Assembly (NCBI GenBank): GCA_031407835.1
Contig: JANOIQ010000027.1
Location: forward strand, 4,753-68,752
From: Chitinophagaceae bacterium
Lineage (GTDB): Bacteria > Bacteroidota > Bacteroidia > Chitinophagales > Chitinophagaceae
Direction: 5' to 3'
Length of the DNA stretch: 64,000 nucleotides
Positions 38,034-47,125 of this stretch are shown here, one piece after another (position 1 is the stretch's first letter; each line of letters opens with the position of its first letter). The notes beneath the pieces are model-generated. The model saw only the letters and a program-made list of their open reading frames with translations. It searched no databases and was not told where the DNA came from. The position numbers and the translations under genes are program-made.

Positions 38034-39652
38034 AAAAATTACTTTGTATAACAATCTTTATTATTACTGTACAAGTGTTACATGCACAGGTGTGGCAATG
38101 GAGTGTACAGGTTGATAGTGTTATTTCTTCTGAAACAAAAGATCATCCACAGGCTTATTTATGGATACCTGAAAATTGTAAACAGGTAAGGGCGGTTGTT
38201 TTTACACAACATAATATGATTGAAGAAGGAATGCTGGAGAGGCCTTCCTTCCGTAAGGTTATGAGCGAACTTGGTATTGCAGAAGTTTGGGTAACACCTG
38301 GTATTAATATGTCTTTTGATTTTAACAAAGATGCAGCTGAAGATTTTAACCGCATGATGCAATTACTGGCAAACGTTTCTGGCTATAAAGAATTGGCTTA
38401 TGCTCCTGTTATTCCGCTGGGACATTCAGCCTATGCAACCTTCCCATGGAATTTTGCTGCCTGGAATCCTCAAAGAACATTAGCTCTTGTATCAATTCAT
38501 GGTGATGCTCCTCAAACAAAATTAACAGGCTATGGTGGTGCTAATATAGATTGGGGCAACAGGAATATCGATGGGGTTCCTGCTTTATTTGTAATGGGTG
38601 AATACGAGTGGTGGGAAGACAGGATTGCACCTGCATTTAAGTACATATCTAATCATCCGCAATCAACAATCAGTCTATTTTGCGATGCCGGACATGGACA
38701 TTTTGATTATAGTGATGAAATGCTTGCTTATGTATGCCTGTTCATAAAAAAAGCAATGCAAAATCGTTTTCCCGTAAAAATTAATATTGGAAAACCGTCA
38801 GTGTTGACTCCAGTTGATCCGAAAAATGGCTGGCTCATGGATCGATGGCATAAGGATAGTTTGCCAACTGCAACCGCAGCATCTTACTCAACTTATAAAG
38901 GAAATTATCAGTTTGCTTCCTGGGTGTTTGATAAGGAAATGGCTGATGCAACCGAAAAACTTTATAAAGCAACAAGAGGTAAACCGCAACAGTTTATCGG
39001 TTTTAAACGAAATGGGAAGGTATTACAGCCTGATAAATCTCATGCTAATTACAACATGAAATTTGTTCCGATGGCGGACGGGATAAGTTTTACAGTAAGT
39101 GCATTTTTTGGCGATACATCACGTATTCAACCAGTTTCTTTATTTGCACAAACACCATTGATGATTGACAGAATTTGCGGACCTGTAAAGAAAGTCAGCG
39201 ATACAACTTTTCAGATAAGCTTCAACCGTCTCGGTTTTAATAATCCAAAAAGAAGTTATGACATATGGTTGCTGGCACATAACAGCGGGGATGCAAATTA
39301 CAAGAGTGCCGTTCAGCAGCTGAATATGAAATTTCCTCCGCAAAACAAAGAAGGTATTGAACAGGTTATTCAGTTTGAAAGTATTGCCGATCAATCATCA
39401 AAAGTGAAATCAGTCAAACTTCATGCCCTGTCTTCGGCAGGGATGCCTGTGGGTTTTTATATACAGCAAGGGCCTGCATATATTGATGGTAACGTGCTTT
39501 ATTTTACGAAACTTCCACCAAGGGCAAAATTTCCAATTCAGGTAAAGGTTGTTGCATGGCAGTATGGTATTGCTGGAAAAGTGCAGACAGCTAAACCTGT
39601 GGAACAAATATTTTATTTAAAAAACGGAAAAAATGGACACATACGATTGTAA
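38030..39652 (+). CDS. Secreted hypothetical protein with alpha/beta-hydrolase-like elbow
   Basis: ATG overlaps the GH43 stop (ATGA); signal peptide; PLGHSAYA, GEYE, GHGHFD. Confidence 0.7.
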   Translation: MKKLLCITIFIITVQVLHAQVWQWSVQVDSVISSETKDHPQAYLWIPENCKQVRAVVFTQHNMIEEGMLERPSFRKVMSELGIAEVWVTPGINMSFDFNKDAAEDFNRMMQLLANVSGYKELAYAPVIPLGHSAYATFPWNFAAWNPQRTLALVSIHGDAPQTKLTGYGGANIDWGNRNIDGVPALFVMGEYEWWEDRIAPAFKYISNHPQSTISLFCDAGHGHFDYSDEMLAYVCLFIKKAMQNRFPVKINIGKPSVLTPVDPKNGWLMDRWHKDSLPTATAASYSTYKGNYQFASWVFDKEMADATEKLYKATRGKPQQFIGFKRNGKVLQPDKSHANYNMKFVPMADGISFTVSAFFGDTSRIQPVSLFAQTPLMIDRICGPVKKVSDTTFQISFNRLGFNNPKRSYDIWLLAHNSGDANYKSAVQQLNMKFPPQNKEGIEQVIQFESIADQSSKVKSVKLHALSSAGMPVGFYIQQGPAYIDGNVLYFTKLPPRAKFPIQVKVVAWQYGIAGKVQTAKPVEQIFYLKNGKNGHIRL

Positions 39653-41510
39653 AAGCGCTTTTAATAAACGCAAGGCAAACTTAGCAGTCAAGTTTGTTGT
39701 TTCTCTGGCTGTCTGCCTCTTACTTTGCTTTCAAACAGGGGTTGCACAAATTAAAAGAATAAAGGTGAAATCCCCTGATCGATCAACTGTTTTTGAAGTG
39801 AAGGTTGATAAGAATGGCCATTTGAATTACAGAATGCTTGTTGATAAAGCAGTAGTTATTGATTGGTCTGTCCTTGGAATTGAGATGGGGGAAGAAAATT
39901 ATGAGAATAGAATAAAAGTCAACAAGATTGGAAGGGAAAAAAAACTTGAAAAAATTGCATGGGTTTTTGGAGAAAGAGATTCAATTGTAAATAACTACAA
40001 CGAAGCAACATTGTTTTGCACAGGCCCCCGATTACAATACAATGTGCTTGCAAGGGTTTATAACGGCAGTGTTGCTTTCCGGTATCTGCTTACAAAAGGA
40101 GATGGTTCAGTTCACCGATTTAAAAAAGAATTAACCACCTTTCGGTTTACTTCTGAATATACGATATATCAGTATAACCAGGAATCTGTTTTCACAGCTG
40201 CGAGTATTGACACGTTTAACAAATCATGCGATTTTCCTGCAACACTTACCAACGGAAAGTTGTATGTGCATATTGGGGAAGCCTGCAACAATCAATTTAC
40301 AAAGGCAGAGCTGAAACGGGGGAGTTTACCACACAGTTTAAATGTAGCTTATGTGAGGGACACCTCTGTTAATATTGATGGAGAGGAACTAACTGCATGG
40401 AGGACAATCAGTGTTTCAAAAACTGCAATTGGCCTGCATGCATTCAGTGATTTAAATTTCAGATTAAATCCCCCGGCCAAAGGAGCGATAGCTGCAACAG
40501 TAAAGCCCGGCAAACTTATCCGTTCACAATTGAACACACAGTCGGGTTTAGATTGTATTGACTTTGCGGTGAAACATAATCTGCAATACATCATGTTTGA
40601 TGCAGGATGGTATGGTGCAGAGTTTCGTTCTTCATCTGATCCAACACAGGTTATTCCTGCATTGGATTTGCCAAAGGTTATTGACTACGGCAAACAAAAA
40701 GGAATTGGAGTTATTCTGTATGTCAATTATGTTGGTCTTCGTGCAAAACTCGATACCATTTTACCCCTTTATAAACAATGGGGTGTTGCCGGAATGAAAT
40801 TTGGATTTGTCGATGGTCTTTCACAAAAAGGAATTGTCTGGCTTCATCAGGCTATTCAAAAAGTAAATGACTATGGATTTGTATTGAACATTCACGACAA
40901 TTACAAACCTACGGGCCTTAGCAGAACCTATCCTGTTTTGCTTACGCAGGAAGGAATTCGGGGTGATGAAAACAGTCCTGATGCTTTCCATACAACTGTA
41001 TTGCCTTTTACCCGTTTCCTGGCAGGTCCTGCTGATTTCACTTTTTGTTATCCCAATTCAAAGGATGCCTTTAGTAAAAACATAAAAGTCAGCAAAGCTC
41101 ATCAATTAGCATTATCGGTTGTTTATTTCAGTCCGTTGCAATCATTATACTGGTATGGTAGACCTCTTGATTATACCAACGACGGAGAGATTGAGTTCTT
41201 CGACAACATTCCAACAGTATGGAATGAGTCGCTTTACCTGGCTGGTGAAATTGGTGAAAACATTTGTACTGCGAGGCGCAATGGAGAAACATGGTTCCTG
41301 GGAGCAGTTGCAGGATTGAATGACTGGAGTACTTCTGTAAAATTAAATTTCCTGAAGCCGGGAGTGAGTTATGAAGCAACTGTTTATGAAGATGACGGGA
41401 AAGGGAGTATTGCAAAAACATCATTGATTGTAAAAAGAGGAGATGCCTTTCCACTAAGTATTAAATCGAAAGGAGGCAGGGCTGTTATATTTCGTTTACT
41501 GATTAAATAA
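39633..41510 (+). CDS. GH97 family protein 2 (non-canonical catalytic motifs)
   Basis: KPGK, FDAGWY, LNIHD, EGIRGDE, LPFTR, DFT motifs. Confidence 0.9.
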   Translation: MDTYDCKSAFNKRKANLAVKFVVSLAVCLLLCFQTGVAQIKRIKVKSPDRSTVFEVKVDKNGHLNYRMLVDKAVVIDWSVLGIEMGEENYENRIKVNKIGREKKLEKIAWVFGERDSIVNNYNEATLFCTGPRLQYNVLARVYNGSVAFRYLLTKGDGSVHRFKKELTTFRFTSEYTIYQYNQESVFTAASIDTFNKSCDFPATLTNGKLYVHIGEACNNQFTKAELKRGSLPHSLNVAYVRDTSVNIDGEELTAWRTISVSKTAIGLHAFSDLNFRLNPPAKGAIAATVKPGKLIRSQLNTQSGLDCIDFAVKHNLQYIMFDAGWYGAEFRSSSDPTQVIPALDLPKVIDYGKQKGIGVILYVNYVGLRAKLDTILPLYKQWGVAGMKFGFVDGLSQKGIVWLHQAIQKVNDYGFVLNIHDNYKPTGLSRTYPVLLTQEGIRGDENSPDAFHTTVLPFTRFLAGPADFTFCYPNSKDAFSKNIKVSKAHQLALSVVYFSPLQSLYWYGRPLDYTNDGEIEFFDNIPTVWNESLYLAGEIGENICTARRNGETWFLGAVAGLNDWSTSVKLNFLKPGVSYEATVYEDDGKGSIAKTSLIVKRGDAFPLSIKSKGGRAVIFRLLIK

Positions 41511-41515
41511 AGTTT

Positions 41516-42649
41516 ATGTCTAAACAAATTGTCTTTAAAATACTGTTAACCTTTTTTATTTTAAATAGTGCATCATCTGGATTGATCCATGCACAATTTA
41601 TTCACCCGGGAATACTTCATACATCAGAAAGTTTAAATCGTATCAAAGCAATGGTTGCTGAGGAAAAAGAGCCATGGAAACAGGGCTACGTTTTTTTTAA
41701 TAAAGACAACCGGGCTTCATATGATTATAAAATGCGGGGGCCTTATGATTATGTAGCACGCCAGGGAGCCAATCAAGGCGACCCCAATCTGCATAAAAAG
41801 GAATTTGAAGATGATTGTCTCGCAGCTTATTACAATGCGGTTCAATGGATCATCACAGGTAATAAAAAACATGCGTCTAAATCCATTGAAATTATGAATG
41901 GATATTCTTCCATATTAAAAGGAATTATTAATAAGGACAAAGAGTTGATGGCTCCTTTATGTGGTTTCTTGATTGTAAATGCAGCAGAGATTATCCGTTA
42001 TTCTGACGCAGAATGGAAGGAATCTGATATGGATGCTTTTGAAAAAATGATCCGGGATGTATTTTACCCTGTAGTTGAAAACTTTGCCACTTTCGCCAAT
42101 GGGAACTGGGATGCTGCCTGCATTAAAGGAATGATGGCATTTGGTGTTTTCCTGAATGATACGACGATGTTCAATAAAGCTGTTGATTATTATTATCATG
42201 GATCTGGTAATGGAAGCATTACACATTATATTATTAATGAGGAAGGACAATGCCAGGAAAGTGGAAGGGATCAGGCGCATACACAGTTTGGTCTTGGTTG
42301 TTTAGCAGAAGCCTGTGAAGTGGCATTCAACCAGGGATTGGATTTATACGGTGCAGAAAATAACAGATTAATGAAAGGCTTTGAATACACAGCTAAATAT
42401 AATCTTGGTTTCGATGTTCCTTTCCAGGAATGGACAGATTACACAGGAAAATATTATCATACGCAAATAGCATCGCATGACAGAGGACATTTCAGAGGAG
42501 TATATGAAATTGTATGGAATCATTATCAGAAACGAAAAAAGCTTGACCCGGTTTATATTCAAAAAGTTGTGGAAAGAATCAGGCCGGAAGGAGCTCCATG
42601 GACAGCTGATCATCCTGGATATGGAACTTTATTATTTTCATTAAAATAA
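41516..42649 (+). CDS. Alginate-lyase-family (alpha/alpha toroid) protein
   Basis: FIHPGILHT, NGNWD, QCQESGRDQAH motifs; signal peptide. Confidence 0.82.
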   Translation: MSKQIVFKILLTFFILNSASSGLIHAQFIHPGILHTSESLNRIKAMVAEEKEPWKQGYVFFNKDNRASYDYKMRGPYDYVARQGANQGDPNLHKKEFEDDCLAAYYNAVQWIITGNKKHASKSIEIMNGYSSILKGIINKDKELMAPLCGFLIVNAAEIIRYSDAEWKESDMDAFEKMIRDVFYPVVENFATFANGNWDAACIKGMMAFGVFLNDTTMFNKAVDYYYHGSGNGSITHYIINEEGQCQESGRDQAHTQFGLGCLAEACEVAFNQGLDLYGAENNRLMKGFEYTAKYNLGFDVPFQEWTDYTGKYYHTQIASHDRGHFRGVYEIVWNHYQKRKKLDPVYIQKVVERIRPEGAPWTADHPGYGTLLFSLK

Positions 42650-42689
42650 ATATCTAACGGACATGATCAACAAAAAACATGTCACCTTA

Positions 42690-42865
42690 AATAATACATA
42701 AGCATTAGGAGGATATCCTGAAAGAAGTAATTCAATACCCGATCGAACTTCTGTTAGTCGTTGGGGAGTGCTGGAAGAATTCAACGAACCAGTTGTGCCC
42801 CTTGCATCATCTGCTTCTGATTATGTAAACGGTGCAGTATTATTCATCGATGGCGTGATGGCGGT
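42690..42865 (+). pseudogene. kduD: Remnant of the 3' end of kduD (2-keto-3-deoxygluconate dehydrogenase, SDR family)
   Basis: In-frame NT*ALGGYPERSNSIPDRTSVSRWGVLEEFNEPVVPLASSASDYVNGAVLFIDG matches the KduD C-terminus pattern NTxAL...ILDRIPAGRWG...GPxVFLASxASDYVNG...VDGG. Confidence 0.75.
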
Positions 42866-42881
42866 AATTAAAAAATGTATA

Positions 42882-44165
42882 ATGATAAAGTATAAAAAGA
42901 TATTTTCCTTACTGATAGTTTCTTTTGTTGTGTTGCACTCCAATGCACAAACAAGCAAGAAACTTATTCTTTCAAATCCTGTAAATGCAAATCGTGTTGA
43001 TGAATTAATTGTTATTACAAGAAAGCAATTAGAAGACAAACTCGGAAAAATTCCGGCTTCAAAATTTGTAATTGTAAAAGAGTCGAACAGACCATGTTTG
43101 GTTCAGTTTGATGATTTGAATGGCGATGGTAAATGGGATGAAATTTCTTTGTTGCAATCGTTTAAACCATTAGAATCAAAAACACTATCTGTCAGTATTT
43201 CCAATGGTCCGGCTGCTGTTAAGGCTGTTGTTCGTGCGCATGCAAGGCACAAACGAAAATTAGCTGATAGTACTTTCGGAAATGATTTACAAGCAGATTC
43301 GATTCCTCCAGGTCAGTTAGGGGCTAACTTTAATGTTGTAAAGTTGCCTCCTTTTCTTACGGAGGGCCCTGCTTGGGAAAATGATAAAGTCGGTTTCAGG
43401 ATTTATTTCGATGTGCGAAACGGAAAAGATATCTGGGGGAAAACAACTCAGAAAATGATGATGGATGAAGTAGGAGTGAACCCTGATAAAAATTATCATG
43501 AACAGGCAGATTGGGGTATGGATATTCTGAAAGTAGGTAAATCACTTGGAGCAGGTTCGCTTGCAATGATGATGACTGTTAACGAAAAAGATACAATGGT
43601 GCGCTTGGGAGGAAATAACATGGGCAAAATAATTTACAATAAAATTACAGATGGCCCTGTACGTGCTGTCATCCGGTTATCCTATCCTGAATGGAAATTT
43701 GCAGAAGGAATAGCTCCGGTAAGTGTAACAGAAGAAATCAGTATTTGGGGTGGACAATATTTTTATCAAAGTAAAGTAACAGTGAAAAATGCTCCTGCAA
43801 ATGCAAGGATTGTAACTGGTATTGTAAATCTGCACAGCAAAGAAGTAAAACAAATCAGAAATAAGTCAATCGCACTTATTTACACTTACGATCTGCAATC
43901 AGAAAATAAAGACAATCTCGGAATGAGTATTATGCTCCCTGCCGGGCTTACATATAAAACAGGACAAACAGCCAATGAAGGAACTGATGTACAGAATACG
44001 TATTATGTATCGGCTTCTGTCGGCAAAAGCCAACCATTTATTTACAGGTTTTATGCCGGTTGGGAAAAGAGCGAATCTTTTTTTACAACAGAAACAGGTT
44101 TCAGAAATTATTTAACCGAACAGGCAAGGTTTTATGCATTGCCGGTTCGGATTCAGGTTCAATAA
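42882..44165 (+). CDS. DUF4861 family protein
   Basis: True start probably 42882 (signal peptide follows); EGPAWENDKVGFR, DIWGK, DWGMDILKVGKSLGAG. Confidence 0.85.
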   Translation: MIKYKKIFSLLIVSFVVLHSNAQTSKKLILSNPVNANRVDELIVITRKQLEDKLGKIPASKFVIVKESNRPCLVQFDDLNGDGKWDEISLLQSFKPLESKTLSVSISNGPAAVKAVVRAHARHKRKLADSTFGNDLQADSIPPGQLGANFNVVKLPPFLTEGPAWENDKVGFRIYFDVRNGKDIWGKTTQKMMMDEVGVNPDKNYHEQADWGMDILKVGKSLGAGSLAMMMTVNEKDTMVRLGGNNMGKIIYNKITDGPVRAVIRLSYPEWKFAEGIAPVSVTEEISIWGGQYFYQSKVTVKNAPANARIVTGIVNLHSKEVKQIRNKSIALIYTYDLQSENKDNLGMSIMLPAGLTYKTGQTANEGTDVQNTYYVSASVGKSQPFIYRFYAGWEKSESFFTTETGFRNYLTEQARFYALPVRIQVQ

Positions 44166-44177
44166 AACATACAAAAT

Positions 44178-44673
44178 ATGCCAGACAAACAAACCGCATT
44201 TGAAAAAGTAGCAGCAAGACTGAAGGATTTAAATTTCGATATAATAAATAATGACGATTCGAGACCATGGGGAGGATTTTTTTGTAATTGATGAAGCACA
44301 GGCTGCAGCCTTTGCCAAACACTTTTTCCCGGCTGAGAATTTTGACACATTAAAAATTACCAATAAGCTTAGCCCGAAAATCCTGCTCGTTGCTCCACAT
44401 AAACAATTGGGCTGGCAATATCATCATCGCCGTGCGGAAATATGGAAATGTATTGGAGGAGTTGCAGGTGTTGTAACAAGCGATAATGACGAAGAAAAAA
44501 CCGAACACAAATTGTAAATAGGTGATATAATAAAATTGAAACAGGGTGAGCGTCATCGCCTGGTAGGTTTAAATGGTTGGGGAATCATTGCCGAAATATG
44601 GCAGCATACAGATGAAAAGAATCCAAGCAATGAAGATGATATTGTAAGAGTACAGGATGATTTTGGAAGATGA
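44178..44673 (+). pseudogene. Cupin (mannose-6-phosphate isomerase type II C-terminal-like) pseudogene
   Basis: RPWGGF, LSPKIL, WQYHHRRAEIW, QGERHRL, EDDIVRVQDDFGR; +1 frameshift at T7 (44277-44283) and in-frame TAA (44515-44517). Confidence 0.85.
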
Positions 44674-44735
44674 TTTGGCCCAAATGGATGTTCGGCACAA
44701 CTCCTTTTTTTAAGCTGAATTTTAGATGAAATAAG

Positions 44736-44762
44736 AAAAGGCTTCTTAAATAGAAGCCTTTT
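44736..44762. terminator. Bidirectional intrinsic terminator
   Basis: AAAAGGCTTCT-TAAAT-AGAAGCCTTTT hairpin between convergent units. Confidence 0.85.
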
Positions 44763-44767
44763 AATCG

Positions 44768-44851
44768 TGCCCAAGACTGGATTCGAACCAGCACATCCTT
44801 GCGAACGCTGCGACCTGAACACAGTGCGTCTACCAATTTCGCCACTTGGGC
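44768..44851 (-). tRNA. tRNA-Leu(CAG), CCA not encoded
   Basis: Acceptor stem GCCCAAG/CTTGGGC, anticodon loop TT-CAG-GT, long variable arm, GGTTCGAATCC T-arm. Confidence 0.97.
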
Positions 44852-44883
44852 AGCTTTTCCCTCTTTATAGGGATTCAGGGCTG

Positions 44884-44891
44884 CAAATATA
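44884..44891 (-). promoter_or_regulatory. Bacteroidota -7 promoter element for the tRNA
   Basis: TATATTTG (TAnnTTTG) on the minus strand. Confidence 0.7.
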
Positions 44892-44896
44892 AGGGA

Positions 44897-45703
44897 CTAT
44901 CCAGAAACATTAAAATCTCTTAATGCATCATTCAAACTTGTTTTTAAATCGGTGCTTGCCTTGCGCTGACCGATGATCAAAGCACAACCAACACCATACT
45001 TTCCTGCAGGAAATTTTTTGGTATAAGAGCCGGGAATTACTACACTGCGTGCAGGAACACGACCTTTCATTTCAAAAGGCATTGGCCCGCTTACATCAAT
45101 GATCTTGGTTGATTGGGTTAATACAACATTCGCTCCCAAAACGGCTTCTTTCTCTACAATTACACCTTCCACAACAATGCAACGGCTGCCGATAAAACAA
45201 CCATCTTCAATAATTACCGGACTTGCCTGCAAAGGCTCTAACACTCCACCTATGCCAACGCCACCACTTAAATGAACACCCTTGCCAATCTGTGCACAGC
45301 TTCCAACAGTTGCCCATGTATCAACCATAGTGCCTTCATCAACATAGGCGCCGATGTTTACATAGCTTGGCATTAACACAACATTCTTTGCCAGGTAAGC
45401 ACCATATCTTGCCACTGCATGCGGAACTGCACGTACACCAAGTTCTTTATAATTTTTTTTCAAGAGCATTTTATCGTAAAACTCAAAGGGAGCCACATCC
45501 CATGTCTGCATTTGCTGAATACCAAAATACAGCAGGATCGCCTGCTTTACCCACTCATTTACTTCCCATCCATGCTCACTGGGAGAAGCAGTACGTAAAC
45601 GTCCTTTATCCACTTCTTCAATCACTGCTCTTACAGCTTCCGAGTATTTATTTTCTTTTAACAGGTCACGGTTCGCCCATGCCTCGAGGATCAGTTCTTT
45701 CAT
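44897..45703 (-). CDS. dapD: Tetrahydrodipicolinate N-succinyltransferase
   Basis: VNEWVKQAILLYF, MPSYVNIGAYVDEGTMVDTWATVGSCAQIG, GGVLEP. Confidence 0.97.
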   Translation of the reverse strand: MKELILEAWANRDLLKENKYSEAVRAVIEEVDKGRLRTASPSEHGWEVNEWVKQAILLYFGIQQMQTWDVAPFEFYDKMLLKKNYKELGVRAVPHAVARYGAYLAKNVVLMPSYVNIGAYVDEGTMVDTWATVGSCAQIGKGVHLSGGVGIGGVLEPLQASPVIIEDGCFIGSRCIVVEGVIVEKEAVLGANVVLTQSTKIIDVSGPMPFEMKGRVPARSVVIPGSYTKKFPAGKYGVGCALIIGQRKASTDLKTSLNDALRDFNVSG

Positions 45704-45817
45704 CTTGTATCAATTTTGCTGCGAAATTAACAGTTAACGGGGAAAGTTTGGATGACAGATAAATGTTTCTATGATAACAAGTATCATTCTCTCTTTCCTT
45801 CTCCCATGTTACCGGCT

Positions 45818-45825
45818 TATATTTG
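45818..45825 (+). promoter_or_regulatory. -7 promoter element, 5 nt before the GT4 ATG
   Basis: TATATTTG-CAGCT-ATG. Confidence 0.7.
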
Positions 45826-45830
45826 CAGCT

Positions 45831-46985
45831 ATGAACATTGGGTTTGATGCAAAACGGGCTTATCATAATCAAACAGGCTTGGGGCATTACAGCCGCACAC
45901 TCATCCGTTCGCTGGCAGCAAATTTTCAGCAGCATCAATATTTTTTATTCAACCCCAGACCATCCACTCTTTTTTATTTTGATGATTTGAAGAATGTGAA
46001 AGAAATATTGCCGCAATCTTTTCTTTCACAAAAATTATCATCTGCCTGGCGGGGTAGTTGGGTGAAGAAAGATCTGCAAAAACTTAAGATTGATCTGTAT
46101 CATGGCTTGAGTCATGAAATACCAACTGGTATTCGGCAAACAGGTATTAAATCAGTTGTAACCATGCATGATCTTATTCATGAACGTTATCCTGAACAAT
46201 ACAAAGTGATTGATCGAAAAATTTATACAAAGAAATTTCGCTATGCCTGTGAACATGCCGATAGAATCATTGCTATCAGCAATCAAACCAAACAGGACAT
46301 TATTGAATTCTATCAAATACCGGCTGAAAAAATCAGTATTTGTTACCAAAGTTGTAATCCTGCTTTTGGGGTGGAAGTTTCTGCAGATGTAAAACAACGC
46401 ATCAAACAGCATTACAATCTTCCTGATCGTTATTTTCTGTATGTTGGTTCAGTCATTGAACGAAAGAACCTGCTGAATATATGCAAAGCCATGCTGTTGA
46501 TGGGTGAAGAAATGAATATTCCTCTTGTAGTAATTGGTAATGGAAAAGAGTACAAACAAAAAGTAAAAGATTATATACAGTTAAATGGATTAAGCGACCA
46601 GGTTATTTTTTTATCTGATCATCCAACTGCAAAATTTTCACCAACTTTTCAATCGGCTGTTGATTTTCCTGCTATCTATCAGCAGGCAATTGCTATGATT
46701 TATCCATCCGTATTTGAAGGCTTTGGTATTCCGGTGCTGGAAGCATTGTGGAGCCGTATTCCGGTAATCACTTCCAATGTTTCCTGTTTGCCAGAAGCCG
46801 GAGGAGAGGGGGCCTTTTATGTTGACCCAACAAAACCTGGAGAAATTGCAGAACAGATGAATTTAATTTTATCTGATCAGTTATTTGTACAGCAACAGGT
46901 TGAAAAAGGCTGGCAGCATGCACAAAAGTTTACTAACCACAATACAGCTGCTGAAGTGATGAAGGTATATGAGCAACTTGTTTGA
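45831..46985 (+). CDS. GT4 glycosyltransferase
   Basis: MNIGFDAKRA start, VTMHDL, ERKNL, EGFGIPVLEA. Confidence 0.93.
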   Translation: MNIGFDAKRAYHNQTGLGHYSRTLIRSLAANFQQHQYFLFNPRPSTLFYFDDLKNVKEILPQSFLSQKLSSAWRGSWVKKDLQKLKIDLYHGLSHEIPTGIRQTGIKSVVTMHDLIHERYPEQYKVIDRKIYTKKFRYACEHADRIIAISNQTKQDIIEFYQIPAEKISICYQSCNPAFGVEVSADVKQRIKQHYNLPDRYFLYVGSVIERKNLLNICKAMLLMGEEMNIPLVVIGNGKEYKQKVKDYIQLNGLSDQVIFLSDHPTAKFSPTFQSAVDFPAIYQQAIAMIYPSVFEGFGIPVLEALWSRIPVITSNVSCLPEAGGEGAFYVDPTKPGEIAEQMNLILSDQLFVQQQVEKGWQHAQKFTNHNTAAEVMKVYEQLV

Positions 46986-47019
46986 ACCATACAAAGGTTT
47001 AAATATACAAACTGTTTAT

Positions 47020-47076
47020 CCCCTCCATGGAGGGGCGGCACAATTTTATAAATAGTACAGGTAAAAGGGGTGGGTC
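47020..47076. repeat. REP-like GC-rich palindrome
   Basis: Perfect 16-bp palindrome CCCCTCCATGGAGGGG (47020-47035), with AGGGGTGGGT further downstream. Confidence 0.6.
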
Positions 47077-47112
47077 ATCTTACTTCATAACTCATACTTC
47101 TTTTTGCTTCCG

Positions 47113-47120
47113 TATTTTTG
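47113..47120 (+). promoter_or_regulatory. -7 promoter element, 5 nt before the CCA-enzyme ATG
   Basis: TATTTTTG-CAGCC-ATG. Confidence 0.7.
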
Positions 47121-47125
47121 CAGCC

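Noticed and set aside
42768-42881. ORF-track N-terminal extension of DUF4861
   Set aside because: It is the kduD remnant; the signal peptide starts at ATG 42882
44553-44845. Minus-strand ORFs of 86-89 aa
   Set aside because: They overlap tRNA-Leu and its terminator
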